Below are positions 1 to 10,102 of a stretch of DNA of 61,759 bases, in pieces (within the stretch, counting starts at the first letter, position 1; every line of letters begins with the position of its first letter). The notes under the pieces were generated by a model. That model was not told where the DNA came from, ran no database searches, and saw nothing but the letters and a program-made list of their open reading frames with translations. A program made the translations under genes and the position numbers. Source of the stretch: Roseiflexaceae bacterium (GTDB lineage Bacteria; Chloroflexota; Chloroflexia; Chloroflexales; Roseiflexaceae); the NCBI GenBank assembly GCA_014381165.1, contig JACMIM010000574.1, forward strand, positions 1 to 61,759, written 5' to 3'.

Positions 1-926
1 ATCTCGACTATTTCGGGTTTGCTCGGGTCAAAATTGCCCATATTGCTGAAGGTTTATCTGACCGGCCTCGCGCCGGTGGGCCGATGGGAGAACCATTAGC
101 CTTTGGCCAGCAGCTTATGGTGCTCGTGCCATTGGGGTTGTGGGCAATAACGCAGGCGCGCTCGTGGCTCGGGCGTTTTGGCGGGGCGTTTGCCACCGTC
201 GTGTGCATGGCCGGAGTGGCCTTAAGTTTTTCACGCAGCATCTATATTGCGCTTGCCGTCGTGTTAGTCCTGTTTACCCTGCACGTCCGGCTTAATCCAC
301 GCTTCCTTCTATTTCTGCCACTGCTGCTTGTGCTGCTGCAGGTCGCCCCGCCAGAGTTCCAGGCACGTATCGGAACATTCGATGCTCTTGTCCAGAACGA
401 GGAGAATGGACAAGAGGTCGAACGGGATAACTCGTTCGAGGGGCGTGCGATCGAGATGCTGATGGCCGCGTATGTCTTCCTCGATCATCCGGTAGTTGGC
501 GTTGGCGGCGGCAATTTTGTCGAACACTACCCGACCTATATTCGCGAGTACGGCGGCTCCTTGAAAGACGAAAAGCGGAATCCGCACAACTACTATCTTG
601 AGGTTGCGGCTGAACATGGCGCGATTGGTTTGCTACTCTTCTGCGGCATTATGTATATGACCCTGACCCGGCTTCAGTTTGCGCGAGGATTGTTCAAACG
701 CACAGGCGATCATCGGCTAGCCGAGCTGGCGGTGGCACTTCAAATAGGCTTTGTTGGCTACATGGTTTCGGCAATCTTCTATCACGGCTCGTACCCGCGC
801 TATCTTTGGCTTCAGGTAACTCTGGCAATTATCACCGCCGCTATAGCAAAGCAGTCTCTTGCAGAACAGCCTGCCGCACCTGCTCCGGTGGGGAATGCGC
901 CAGCGTTGGATACGGCAACCGCATGA
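1..926 (+). CDS. O-antigen ligase/polymerase (Wzy-like) family membrane protein; 5' end lies outside the window
   Basis: The frame is open from the window start to the stop at 926. The profile is multi-TM. The segment RNPHNYYLEVAAEHGAIGLLLF is typical of the O-antigen ligase family. The stop overlaps the next start (ATGA at 923-926). Confidence 0.6.
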   Translation, partial: LDYFGFARVKIAHIAEGLSDRPRAGGPMGEPLAFGQQLMVLVPLGLWAITQARSWLGRFGGAFATVVCMAGVALSFSRSIYIALAVVLVLFTLHVRLNPRFLLFLPLLLVLLQVAPPEFQARIGTFDALVQNEENGQEVERDNSFEGRAIEMLMAAYVFLDHPVVGVGGGNFVEHYPTYIREYGGSLKDEKRNPHNYYLEVAAEHGAIGLLLFCGIMYMTLTRLQFARGLFKRTGDHRLAELAVALQIGFVGYMVSAIFYHGSYPRYLWLQVTLAIITAAIAKQSLAEQPAAPAPVGNAPALDTATA

Positions 927-2392
927 GCCTCGGTAAGAAGACTGTTCAAGGTGTTTTCTGGAATTATCTTTCGTTTGGTAGTGGCAAGCTGCTGGCATTT
1001 GTCAGTACCATTATTCTAGCGGCGTTGCTTGTCCCTGAACAATTTGGCCAGGTAGCAGTTGCGCTGGTGGTCATCCAATATCTGGAAGCAATTGGCGATC
1101 TTGGCATCTCAGCGGCGCTAATTTATCAGCGCGACAATATCGAGCGAGCTTCCAGCGTCGCGTTTGCTATAAGCATCGCGATGGGCGTAGTGCTCACAAC
1201 GCTGGCAGCACTCAGCGCACCACTTATTGGCGCGTTTTTCAGTTCGCCAGCATCGGTGCCGATGGTTCAGGTGCTCGCGCTTACACTGCTGATTAACTCA
1301 TTTGGCCAAACACAAATGGCGCTGCTGACCAAAGAGCTCAAGTTTCGACAAAAGATTCTACCTGACCTGAGCCGTAGTCTGGTGAAGGGCTTTGCGTCGA
1401 TCGCACTGGCATTGCTCGGCTTTGGTGCTTGGAGTTTGATTTGGGGCCAGGTACTGGGCTCGATTGCCATTACAGTTGTGCTGTGGCTCGTAAGTTCGTG
1501 GCGACCGCGCCTGATCTGGGATTGGATATTGGCCAGCCAGATGCTAAAGTATGGGCTGCAAATCCTGTGGGTCGAACTGCTTGCCGTTATTTGGACGACC
1601 GCTGATTACATCATTGTTGGTCGTCTGCTGGGCAGCGCCGATCTAGGATTGTACCAGCAAGCATTTCGAATAACAGATCTGCTTATCATCAACGTGTGCT
1701 TTGTGGCGGGCCGTGTGTTGTTTCCGTCGTATGTGAAAATGAATCACAGCATCGAGGCGCTTCAACGAGGGTTCCTGACAACAATGCGCTATGTTGTCCT
1801 CATAACGCTGCCGCTCAGTATTGGGGTGTGTGCTGTTGCACCCTTGTTTGTTGGTGTGTTCTATGTTAATTCAGCATGGCTTGCGATGATTCCAGCGCTT
1901 CAGTTGCTGGCGTTGCGGGCGGGTATCAGCACCATCTCTTTTAATAGTGGCCATATTCTTAAAGCGGTTGGCCGACCCAGCATCATCACCAAGCTTATGG
2001 CTGTCAAGCTAAGTGTGTTAGTTGTCACCGTGCTAATCACGGTGCAGTACGGCTTTGTGGGCGTTGCCTTTGGACAAGTAGGCGTGGCGCTCTTCAGCGT
2101 GGCACTTGATTGTCTGACCATGCGACGCATTATACAAGTTTCACTGGCAAGCATTTGGCAGCAAATCTGGTCGGCATTACTTGCCGCAGCCGGCATGGGC
2201 GTGGCTGTCTGGCTTATTGTTGCAAATACGCCGCCACTGTGGCAGCTTCCTGGGCTGGTGGTCGCCACGTTCGCAGGCATTGTCTGCTACGGAGCAATGC
2301 TCTGGTTGACGAACCGCGAACTATGCATGAGCAGTTTCCACACGCTACGTCAGATGCTGTGGCCCAAACAGTCAGCCATAGTCAAATACTGA
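923..2392 (+). CDS. Wzx-type polysaccharide flippase (MOP superfamily)
   Basis: The protein is hydrophobic throughout with many predicted TM helices. The N-terminus MSLGKKTVQGVFWNYLSFGSGKLLAFV resembles polysaccharide-biosynthesis flippases. I preferred ATG 923 to the track start 806 because 806-922 overlaps the upstream gene. Confidence 0.7.
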   Translation: MSLGKKTVQGVFWNYLSFGSGKLLAFVSTIILAALLVPEQFGQVAVALVVIQYLEAIGDLGISAALIYQRDNIERASSVAFAISIAMGVVLTTLAALSAPLIGAFFSSPASVPMVQVLALTLLINSFGQTQMALLTKELKFRQKILPDLSRSLVKGFASIALALLGFGAWSLIWGQVLGSIAITVVLWLVSSWRPRLIWDWILASQMLKYGLQILWVELLAVIWTTADYIIVGRLLGSADLGLYQQAFRITDLLIINVCFVAGRVLFPSYVKMNHSIEALQRGFLTTMRYVVLITLPLSIGVCAVAPLFVGVFYVNSAWLAMIPALQLLALRAGISTISFNSGHILKAVGRPSIITKLMAVKLSVLVVTVLITVQYGFVGVAFGQVGVALFSVALDCLTMRRIIQVSLASIWQQIWSALLAAAGMGVAVWLIVANTPPLWQLPGLVVATFAGIVCYGAMLWLTNRELCMSSFHTLRQMLWPKQSAIVKY

Positions 2393-2403
2393 AGGATAGC
2401 ACT

Positions 2404-3540
2404 ATGACCACGCACCAGCTTCGTATTCTTGGCCTGACCCTGGAGCGCGTCGCCGATTTTCGCAGCCAGCCCTCGGCGAAAAGCGCTGGGCTTTATGCGG
2501 CGCTCGATCGCCGTTTTCAGGTCGTCGATATTGTTCGCCCTGCACTACCAAAGCCAGAGTACTATCTCAACCGCTTAATGATGGCTCATCCGAAGCGTAG
2601 CTACTGGCGCTTGCGCTCCAGCGTGAGCACTTGGGCGTTCCGCAGGCGCAGCTTTCACGCCGAGCAGTTGTTGAGGCAACATGCGGGCCGTTACGATCTA
2701 ATTGTGCAGCTCCATACGTTATTGTCGCCGGGGCTTGACCCACGAAAGTATCGGTATGTTCTGCATACCGACAATACATACATGCTTTCTGAACGACACT
2801 ATGCGCCCTGGGCTCCTTTGCGTGGCCAGCAACGCGACGAGTGGATCCGGCGCGAGCGAATGGTCTACCAAAACGCGGCCTTCCTTTTTCCGCGCAGTGA
2901 ATTTCTGCGCCGCTCGATGATCGAGGATTATGGTTGCGACCCAGAGCGGGTGATCCGCGTGGGCGGAGGCAGCAATTTTGGCACCGGTTCGCTTGTAGAC
3001 AAGCGCTACGATACGCAGACCGCACTGTTCGTCGGTTTCGATTTCGAACGAAAAGGCGGGATGGAACTACTCCGGGCATGGGAACAGGTGCATCGTCAGT
3101 TGCCCCAGGCCGAACTCTGGATTGTTGGGCCAAGGCGACCGCGGCGTCAGCTTCCCGGCGTACATTGGATTGGCTCAGTTAAAGATCGCCAACAGTTGGC
3201 GCTGCTGTATCAGCGCGCCACGCTCTTTGTCATGCCATCACTCTTCGAGCCCTGGGGACACGTCTTCTTTGAAGCAATGGGCTATGGCCTTGCGTGTATC
3301 GGCAGCACGATCTGCGCAATGCCTGAGATTATCGATGATGGTGTAACCGGGGTGCTGGTACCGCCTGGTGAGCCGGTGCCCCTTGCCAATGCGCTAATTG
3401 AATTGCTTGGAGATGCGCGCCGTGCCGAGGCAATGGGCAAAGCCGCGCAGCAACGTGTGCAACAAGGCAGTACATGGGACGATGTTGTAGCACGAATGGC
3501 ACCATACATTGAGCAGGCAGTGGCTGAGGACGTGAAGTAG
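2404..3540 (+). CDS. GT4-family glycosyltransferase
   Basis: The C-terminal segment PSLFEPWGHVFFEAMGYGLACIGSTICAMPEIIDDGVTGVLVPPGE carries the E-x7-E GT4 signature. ATG 2404 is preceded by GAAGGA. The track extension 2110-2403 overlaps the flippase gene. Confidence 0.75.
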   Translation: MTTHQLRILGLTLERVADFRSQPSAKSAGLYAALDRRFQVVDIVRPALPKPEYYLNRLMMAHPKRSYWRLRSSVSTWAFRRRSFHAEQLLRQHAGRYDLIVQLHTLLSPGLDPRKYRYVLHTDNTYMLSERHYAPWAPLRGQQRDEWIRRERMVYQNAAFLFPRSEFLRRSMIEDYGCDPERVIRVGGGSNFGTGSLVDKRYDTQTALFVGFDFERKGGMELLRAWEQVHRQLPQAELWIVGPRRPRRQLPGVHWIGSVKDRQQLALLYQRATLFVMPSLFEPWGHVFFEAMGYGLACIGSTICAMPEIIDDGVTGVLVPPGEPVPLANALIELLGDARRAEAMGKAAQQRVQQGSTWDDVVARMAPYIEQAVAEDVK

Positions 3541-3645
3541 ATATTAGAGGCATGAGTACAAAACATGCTGCGTGTGCCTGCTCAACCGTATTTTTGAGAT
3601 GTGTAACTGACATACGATCTATATGATGCACTCGGAGGTATAAAC

Positions 3646-4803
3646 ATGTCACAACCAATTCGTATTTTAGGGCTTACTATGGAAGATGTGGTTGACTTTC
3701 GATCACGACCTTCTGCAAAAAACGCGGGTATGTATGGGGCACTTGACCGCAAATTTCAGATGGTAGATGTGGTTCGTCCAGCGTTATCAAAGACAGATAC
3801 TTTTTACAATCGTCTCCGTCACATCTCATTAAATACCGCTTACTGGCGTACACGAACCCACGTTAATACGTGGGCTTTGAAACGACGCTCAGCTGTGGCC
3901 GAGCAATTACTGCAACAGTGGGACGGAAAATATGACCTGATCTTCCAAATACATGCAATTACCGCACCGGGCTTGTATCCGTACCGACGCCCCTATGTGC
4001 TGCATACCGACAATACTTATATTCTCTCCGAACGGCACTACCCTGGCTGGGCTACATTACGCAACATCAAGGAGCGCGACGAATGGGTGCGGATCGAGAG
4101 AGAGATTTATCAGCACGCTACGTTTCTGTTCCCTAGAACGGAGTTTCTGCGAAAATCTTTGATCGACGATTACGGCTGCAATCCCGACCGGGTCATCCGC
4201 GCAGGTGCCGGAGCTAATATTATAGCAATGTCGATCAATGGAAGGCGTTATGACTCGCAAGTTGCACTGTTCGTCGGCAACGACTTCCGACGAAAAGGTG
4301 GCCAGGTCTTGCTCCAGGCTTGGGAGCATGTTCGCCAGCGTCTGCCACAAGCCCGACTCTTGATCGTGGGTACCGCACCGCAACCTGCCACATTGCCCGC
4401 AGGCGTCGAATGGATAGGTCGAGTCACAGATCGTCAGGCGCTCGCAGAGTTATACACACGCGCGGCCGTCTTTGTATTGCCATCGCTTTTTGAACCCTGG
4501 GGCAGCGTCTATCTTGAAGCAATGGGCCACGGAACCCCTTGCATTGGAACCTCACAAAGCGGCATACCCGAGGTTATCGAGCAGGATGTTACTGGCCTTC
4601 TCGTTCCACCTGGCGAGGTAAAGCCTTTGGTCGACGCCTTGATAGATATGCTCAGCAACCCAGAGCGAGCCGAAGCAATGGGCCGCAGGGCTTATGAGAG
4701 TGTACAACACGGGTATACTTGGGACGATGTTGTGGCTCGCATGGCACCTTATATCGAACAAACAGTGTCTGATAGAGTGATGGAATCTCAAGTGGTTGTT
4801 TAA
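3646..4803 (+). CDS. GT4-family glycosyltransferase, paralog of 2404-3540
   Basis: It is collinear with the previous protein along its whole length (IRILGLTMEDVVDFRSRPSAKNAG... versus LRILGLTLERVADFRSQPSAKSAG...). A GGAGG Shine-Dalgarno (SD) sequence precedes the ATG. Confidence 0.8.
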   Translation: MSQPIRILGLTMEDVVDFRSRPSAKNAGMYGALDRKFQMVDVVRPALSKTDTFYNRLRHISLNTAYWRTRTHVNTWALKRRSAVAEQLLQQWDGKYDLIFQIHAITAPGLYPYRRPYVLHTDNTYILSERHYPGWATLRNIKERDEWVRIEREIYQHATFLFPRTEFLRKSLIDDYGCNPDRVIRAGAGANIIAMSINGRRYDSQVALFVGNDFRRKGGQVLLQAWEHVRQRLPQARLLIVGTAPQPATLPAGVEWIGRVTDRQALAELYTRAAVFVLPSLFEPWGSVYLEAMGHGTPCIGTSQSGIPEVIEQDVTGLLVPPGEVKPLVDALIDMLSNPERAEAMGRRAYESVQHGYTWDDVVARMAPYIEQTVSDRVMESQVVV

Positions 4804-4858
4804 TACAGACTTGTTCACCGTGAGTAACCCATCTTTCTACGCTATTTAGGCTATATCA

Positions 4859-6010
4859 ATGAAACAACGTCTTAAGGTTTTGCACTTATGTGACTCGCTA
4901 TCGGTGGGAGGGGCTGAGCGCCTCATCCTTAGCATGGTTGAGCGAATGGATCGAAGTCGGTTCGAATTTCATGTTTGTAGCCTGAAGGTTATACGTAACG
5001 ACTTCTTACGACCAGATTTCGAGCGTATTGGTGTGCCGCTTTATAGTGTTAATGCCAAACGATTCTACGACATCCGTACATTCCAAAATGTTGCACGCTA
5101 TATTCGAGAACACAACATTGACATCGTGCATACACAACTTACAAGCGCAGATATCGTAGGGCGGATAGTGGGCAAGATGACGGGCCGCCCAGTGATATCG
5201 ACACTTCAGAACGAACCTCAGGACTACAACCGGGAACGGTTTGATCGCCGCTGGCTGGAGCAACTGACGATACAGCTTTGCAAGCCGTATCTCGTTGCTG
5301 TATCACATCGCATCCGCGAGATGTTTATACAAGAATGGCAAATACCTGCCGATTCAATTGCCATGATCTATAATGCGGTGCCAATGGAGCAGTACTTACA
5401 AGTCCCCGAGGGTACACCAGAGCGGGAGGGCAGTGTCGGCCCCATTATCACAAATATTGGTCGCCTGAGTCCTCAAAAGGCACAGCATCATTTGCTGGAG
5501 ACGGCGCGTATTGTGCTGGAACAGCGTCCTGAGGTTCGTTTCATGATCGTTGGTCAAGGTCGATTGGAAGGGGAACTCAAGGCGCAGGCGCAGGTGCTAG
5601 GTATCAGTAATAAGGTAACATTTACTGGACCACGGAAAGATATTCCTGACATTCTGGCACAAACGGACATTTTCGTGCTTTCATCGCTTTGGGAGGGCTT
5701 ACCATTAACTGCGATTGAGGCCATGGCAAGTGCTCGTGCAGTGGTGCTTACTGATGTAGGCGGCAATCGTGAGTTGGTCGAAACGTCTAGCAATGGTCTG
5801 ATTGTGCCGCCCGGCGATGTTTCCGCCCTTGCCAACGCCCTGCTCACACTTGTAAACGATGCACAGTGTAGGGTTGCCTTTGGTAAAGCGGCGCGCGCGC
5901 GTGTGCGTGTCGATTTTAGCATTGAAACGATTACTCGGCAGTACGAAGTGCTCTACGAGACTATAGCGCAGAGGCAACGCCGTCCTATCGCGGAGCTATT
6001 TAGGAGTTAG
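4859..6010 (+). CDS. GT4-family glycosyltransferase
   Basis: The N-terminus KVLHLCDSLSVGGAERL and the C-terminal SSLWEGLPLTAIEAMASARAVVLTDVGGNRELV match the Glycos_transf_1 pattern. Confidence 0.8.
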   Translation: MKQRLKVLHLCDSLSVGGAERLILSMVERMDRSRFEFHVCSLKVIRNDFLRPDFERIGVPLYSVNAKRFYDIRTFQNVARYIREHNIDIVHTQLTSADIVGRIVGKMTGRPVISTLQNEPQDYNRERFDRRWLEQLTIQLCKPYLVAVSHRIREMFIQEWQIPADSIAMIYNAVPMEQYLQVPEGTPEREGSVGPIITNIGRLSPQKAQHHLLETARIVLEQRPEVRFMIVGQGRLEGELKAQAQVLGISNKVTFTGPRKDIPDILAQTDIFVLSSLWEGLPLTAIEAMASARAVVLTDVGGNRELVETSSNGLIVPPGDVSALANALLTLVNDAQCRVAFGKAARARVRVDFSIETITRQYEVLYETIAQRQRRPIAELFRS

Positions 6011-6353
6011 GGCGTAAACCCCTCCACAATACGAGAACGGCAGGCGGCTCGACGGCGACCGGCTCATCTCTCGAAAGTCGGTGCGGTTAAGTGGGGTGAT
6101 GTGCTCGTTAGGATGAGTTGACGGTAGAAAGACTGCTTGCACACCCTTACTGGGTCGTGGCAGAACAATAATCGAGTCGAGCCAATGCGTGCTGAAACGT
6201 TGAGCACTCGATGACGCTAACCGATGACACATGAAAAGAGTACGACAATGGGGCGGCACCACGAGCTTGGAGATTCAGGTGCCAGTGCCATACCGAGGTT
6301 CCCTGACGCCGCATCGCCGCCGACGAATGGCGATGGGCGTGACAAGTGGCCCA

Positions 6354-7538
6354 CTAGGCCGAAGGACGGGCGGCCGCACTGGCAATAGCGATGCGGTAAG
6401 CCCGGACTGTCTGCTCAGCGACAGCGGAGGGTTCATAACGTTGAAACGCCAGCGCGCGACCGCGCTGCCCCATCTCACGCGCATGATTTCGGTTGCACAG
6501 CACATTGGCTAAACGCGCAGCGAGTGCGTGTTCATCACCTGGTGCCACCATATAACCAGTTTCGCCTTCGATAACCATCTCAGGAATACCACCAATACGC
6601 GAGGCGACAACGGGGCGACCGACGGCGAGGGCTTGCGCGATAATAGTCGGCGAGGTCTCCTCATACGAAAAGAGCGCCAATGCACTTGTCTCCCGTACTG
6701 CCGTGAGTAGTTGCTCGTTTGACACATGGCCGAGAAACTCGACCGCGTCGCCAAGCGCCAACTCTTGCACCCGGTCCCGTACCTGCTGCGTATAAGTCGG
6801 CTCAGGCGTCGGGCCTGCAATAACCAATCGTGCGTCAGGCATCCCACGACGCAGCTCTGCAAAGGCATTAACAAGCCCTAAAACGTTCTTGCGTGGTCGC
6901 ATTACACCAGCAAACAACACCCTGGAGACAGCGGGCAGGTCAGGTGCTGGCATGAAGAACTCGGGAGCAATGGGGTTCGGAATACTAATCCGCTCGCCGC
7001 CGACAAGCCCTTCTAGCGAGCGGGCATCGTAATCAGAAATTGAGATTGTGACATTAGCCTTGTGTAATGAACGCCGAACCATAGCATCAAAAAGCAGTAC
7101 CTTGACCTTGTCAAACAGACTTTTGGCAGCTAGTCGCGCCTCGATGTGGACGAGGCCGTGAACGGTCACTACCGACGGCAGACCCAGTTGTGTCGCCACC
7201 TCGCCCTGTCGATCGATACCTTGGCCGTGCACAACATCAGGCTGTACCTCGGTGAGGATTCGGCGCACTGCCGCCACACACTGCCACGAGCGGATAATAA
7301 CATCGCCGCTGAGGAAGGGGACCGCCAAGTGCCGCACCTCAAGCTTGTCACCGAGCCGTACTAACGCTTGGTCGTGCCGACCACGGTTGAAAACAACAAT
7401 CGTCACCTTGTTGATCTCGTGGTGGCGAACAAGGGTGTTAGCGAGAGCCCAATTCACCGACATGACACCGCCAACAATTTTATCGGGGTCATCTGGATAG
7501 GGACCGAGTATCAGAACGTTGAGGCCGTTAGTTGTCAT
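6354..7538 (-). CDS. GT4-family glycosyltransferase
   Basis: LNVLILGPYPDDPDKIVGGV at the N-terminus and FSYEETSPTIIAQALAVGRPVVASRIGGIPEMV at the C-terminus fit GT4. An AGGAG SD sequence lies upstream of ATG 7538. Confidence 0.8.
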   Translation of the reverse strand: MTTNGLNVLILGPYPDDPDKIVGGVMSVNWALANTLVRHHEINKVTIVVFNRGRHDQALVRLGDKLEVRHLAVPFLSGDVIIRSWQCVAAVRRILTEVQPDVVHGQGIDRQGEVATQLGLPSVVTVHGLVHIEARLAAKSLFDKVKVLLFDAMVRRSLHKANVTISISDYDARSLEGLVGGERISIPNPIAPEFFMPAPDLPAVSRVLFAGVMRPRKNVLGLVNAFAELRRGMPDARLVIAGPTPEPTYTQQVRDRVQELALGDAVEFLGHVSNEQLLTAVRETSALALFSYEETSPTIIAQALAVGRPVVASRIGGIPEMVIEGETGYMVAPGDEHALAARLANVLCNRNHAREMGQRGRALAFQRYEPSAVAEQTVRAYRIAIASAAARPSA

Positions 7539-7634
7539 GCCGAAAATACTCCTGCAAGCTGGCGTCCAGGGTTTTTGTGGTGTACCGCTAGACCAAAATA
7601 GACTGCACCCTGAGCTAGATGTTCAAGCTATCCT

Positions 7635-8600
7635 TCACGCGACGACGAGTTCAGCCTTGCGGTTCACCGTCCACTCGAGCAGATCGGTGAGACCTTGGTG
7701 GAAGTCTGTCGAAGGTGTCCAGCCAATAAGGCTTCGTAGGGTCGAAACATCAGCGCAAAGATTAGGGCGGTCGCTGGGCCGTACACGAGCAGGGTCTTGC
7801 ACAATGTTGATCCGACGATCGGTGATCTGCTGTAATGCCTCAAGCACCTCGCGCACAGAATACTCAGTACCGGTACCGATATTGACACGAAAGAGCCGGT
7901 CGCTGTGCTCATGCGCCATTTCGGCTAGGTCGTAGAGCGCGCGCGCTATGTCGTCGACATAAACATAGTCGCGCTTGGGCTCAATGTTGCCAACCAGAAT
8001 CTCCTCGGTACCCTGCACCAACTGCTCAAGCAGTTGAGGAATAAGGTGCTGGCTGGTCTCACGAGGGCCATAGACGTTGAAAAGGCGAGCGATTACCGCA
8101 CTGCATTTGGTCTGTTGCTGGTGCCATTCAACCAATTGCTCGCCAAAGAGCTTGGTGTAGCCATAGATATCGAGTGGGGAGGCAGTGAGCGATTCATGCA
8201 GCGGGCCGGTGTGAGCAGGGTAGACTGCAGCTGTGGAAGCAAAGACCACACGTGGAACGCTGGCAGCGCGGCAGGCGCGCAGCACGGATTCGGTACCCTC
8301 GACATTTACCCGCATCGTCTCTAGTGGATGGGCGTTGCAGTAGGGGATGTAGTGGATAGCAGCCAAGTGAAACACCACCTCGGGCGTGAACTCACTTATC
8401 GCCTGTTCTACATGTGTTTCATCAAGGATGTTGCCAACACAGAGATCGATATTTGCGGCGTTCTTAGGCAGAAAATCCTGCTTGCCGGGATTGAGTGCGT
8501 CGTAGACACGCACTTGCCAGCCGTTATTGGATAACTGGCGGACAAGTGCTGATCCAACAAATCCTGCACCGCCGGTTACAAATGCCTTGCGTGTGGTCAT
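7635..8600 (-). CDS. NAD-dependent sugar epimerase/dehydratase (SDR family)
   Basis: It has the Rossmann motif VTGGAGFVGSAL and the catalytic YGYTK (YxxxK). Confidence 0.8.
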   Translation of the reverse strand: MTTRKAFVTGGAGFVGSALVRQLSNNGWQVRVYDALNPGKQDFLPKNAANIDLCVGNILDETHVEQAISEFTPEVVFHLAAIHYIPYCNAHPLETMRVNVEGTESVLRACRAASVPRVVFASTAAVYPAHTGPLHESLTASPLDIYGYTKLFGEQLVEWHQQQTKCSAVIARLFNVYGPRETSQHLIPQLLEQLVQGTEEILVGNIEPKRDYVYVDDIARALYDLAEMAHEHSDRLFRVNIGTGTEYSVREVLEALQQITDRRINIVQDPARVRPSDRPNLCADVSTLRSLIGWTPSTDFHQGLTDLLEWTVNRKAELVVA

Positions 8601-8691
8601 CGTTCAATCCTTATATTCAGAAACGAAAGCTGTTTCGTGCTTTGGGAGCATTCTAACACCGCTCTATGACAGAGAATTGAAATAGACATCA

Positions 8692-9560
8692 GTCAAAATG
8701 ACAATTTGTTAAGAGGTTGTCTAAAAATTTACGTTGATTTAGTACGGTTAAGACGAGAAAGCATCAATTGGATAGAAGCAATATAGATATCCGTCTCATT
8801 TGATGCAGTTCGCCGCTCATATTCACGGTTGAGCAGGCGAAGCCGCCCGAACCAACCAAAAGTGCGCTCGACAATCCATCGTTTGGGAAGAACGTACCAG
8901 CCCTTTCGTTTTCGGTCGCAACTCACGATTTCAGGCACAAAATGAAACAGGCGTCGCACGGCCTCAGTGAACTCATTCCATCCGTAGACACTATCACCAA
9001 TCACCTTCTTCAAATGTGCATATTTCGCTCTGCGGTACCGAGAACGTCTTCAGCCGCTTCATAATCTGCTAGATTTGCAGCGTGGACAAATACCACAAGC
9101 AGCAAACCGAGTGTATCGACCAGAATTGAGCGTTTGCGACCGGAAACTTATTTTTCACCATCATATCCACGTTCACCACTGGCTTCAATTGCTTTGACAG
9201 ATAGGCTAGCAATCACTCCTAACGACGGTTCGGGGTCACGATCAGCGGCCTCGTGAACACGCTTGCACAAAGCGTCGTTCAGCCGTTCCCACGTACCATC
9301 TTGTGTCCATAAATCGTAGTAGTACCAGACGTGGCGAAAATCAGGAAAGTCTTTTGGCAGCATCCGCCGTAAACAAACATAGTCAGGACTTTCGCTTAAA
9401 GAGTCTTTTTCGCCTGCGGCGGGCAAGGAATTGTTTTTTTCTTAGCAGTTTTTGCGCTGCGGCGCAAAAAACTGCTAAGAAAAGAGTAAATTTTGGTAGC
9501 AAGCGAAAGTCCTGATAGTATTAAAATCAGTAGCTAAACAAATTGTAATTAGATTTTGAC
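8692..9560 (-). mobile_element. Decayed IS5-family insertion sequence (IS1031/IS427-like size, 869 bp)
   Basis: Imperfect terminal inverted repeats are present: GTCAAAATGACAATTTGTTAAG at 8692, and the reverse complement of 9531-9560 reads GTCAAAATCTAATTACAATTTGTTTAG. They enclose IS5-type transposase remnants. Confidence 0.65.
8729..9426 (-). pseudogene. IS5-family DDE transposase, inactivated
   Basis: Motifs MLPKDFPDFRHVWYYYDLWTQDGTWERL, GRKRSILVDTLGLLLVVFVHAANL and VERTFGWFGRLRLLNREYER are typical of IS5-family transposases. The gene is broken by an in-frame TAA at 9148-9150 and a 1-nt frameshift near 9013-9020. Confidence 0.7.
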
Positions 9561-9688
9561 GAGGTTACAGGGTACTATTGCTTGGGTATCTGTAGGTCGT
9601 AATGTGAGAGCAGTAGTTCCCAATAAAGCCTTTCGGTAGTAGATCAAGGGCTGTAGCCTTAGCACATTGATGCACAGACTATGTCCCG

Positions 9689-10102
9689 TTGGGTATCCAG
9701 TTGTTGGCTTCTCCCTGGAATGAGCGGCGGGTGGTGCTGGCGGTGCTGGGCAACACAGACGAAGGGATTAGTTGGGCGAGCACGGCACTACTTTCGCCGA
9801 CTATGCTACAAAGCCTTTCTGGTAACTTTGCGATTGTCATCACCGATCAAGTCTTTCTTGGTGGCACACGGCTCAGCAGCCCTGCTGCCCAGACAACGGC
9901 ACTAGGTAGTGCCGCTGCCAATTCGCCATCGGCAGAAACCGACGCTCCAGCGCCAGTCAACCATACCGTGGAAGCGGTGGCTCTCCAGCAAACATCGCCT
10001 TTGCTGCCGATCATCCTGTCTTTCTTCGTAATGGTCGTTGTTCTAGGTGCGGTGCTCGGCTTATCGTGGTGGCGCAGCCGCCAGGTTCAGGATAAGCAAT
10101 GA
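9689..10102 (+). CDS. Hypothetical protein fragment with a C-terminal TM anchor (possibly a BcsB-like C-terminus)
   Basis: The ORF opens only 20 nt after an upstream stop and sits right beside the IS. The C-terminal hydrophobic helix is LLPIILSFFVMVVVLGAVLGL. The resemblance to cellulose-synthase subunit B tails is weak and from memory only. Confidence 0.3.
   Translation: MGIQLLASPWNERRVVLAVLGNTDEGISWASTALLSPTMLQSLSGNFAIVITDQVFLGGTRLSSPAAQTTALGSAAANSPSAETDAPAPVNHTVEAVALQQTSPLLPIILSFFVMVVVLGAVLGLSWWRSRQVQDKQ

Noticed and set aside
806-2403. Upstream extensions of the flippase (806-922) and the first glycosyltransferase (2110-2403)
   Set aside because: Both extensions overlap the preceding genes and encode Cys/Arg-rich junk. 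Internal ATGs with stop/start overlap or an SD sequence give proteins with normal N-termini.
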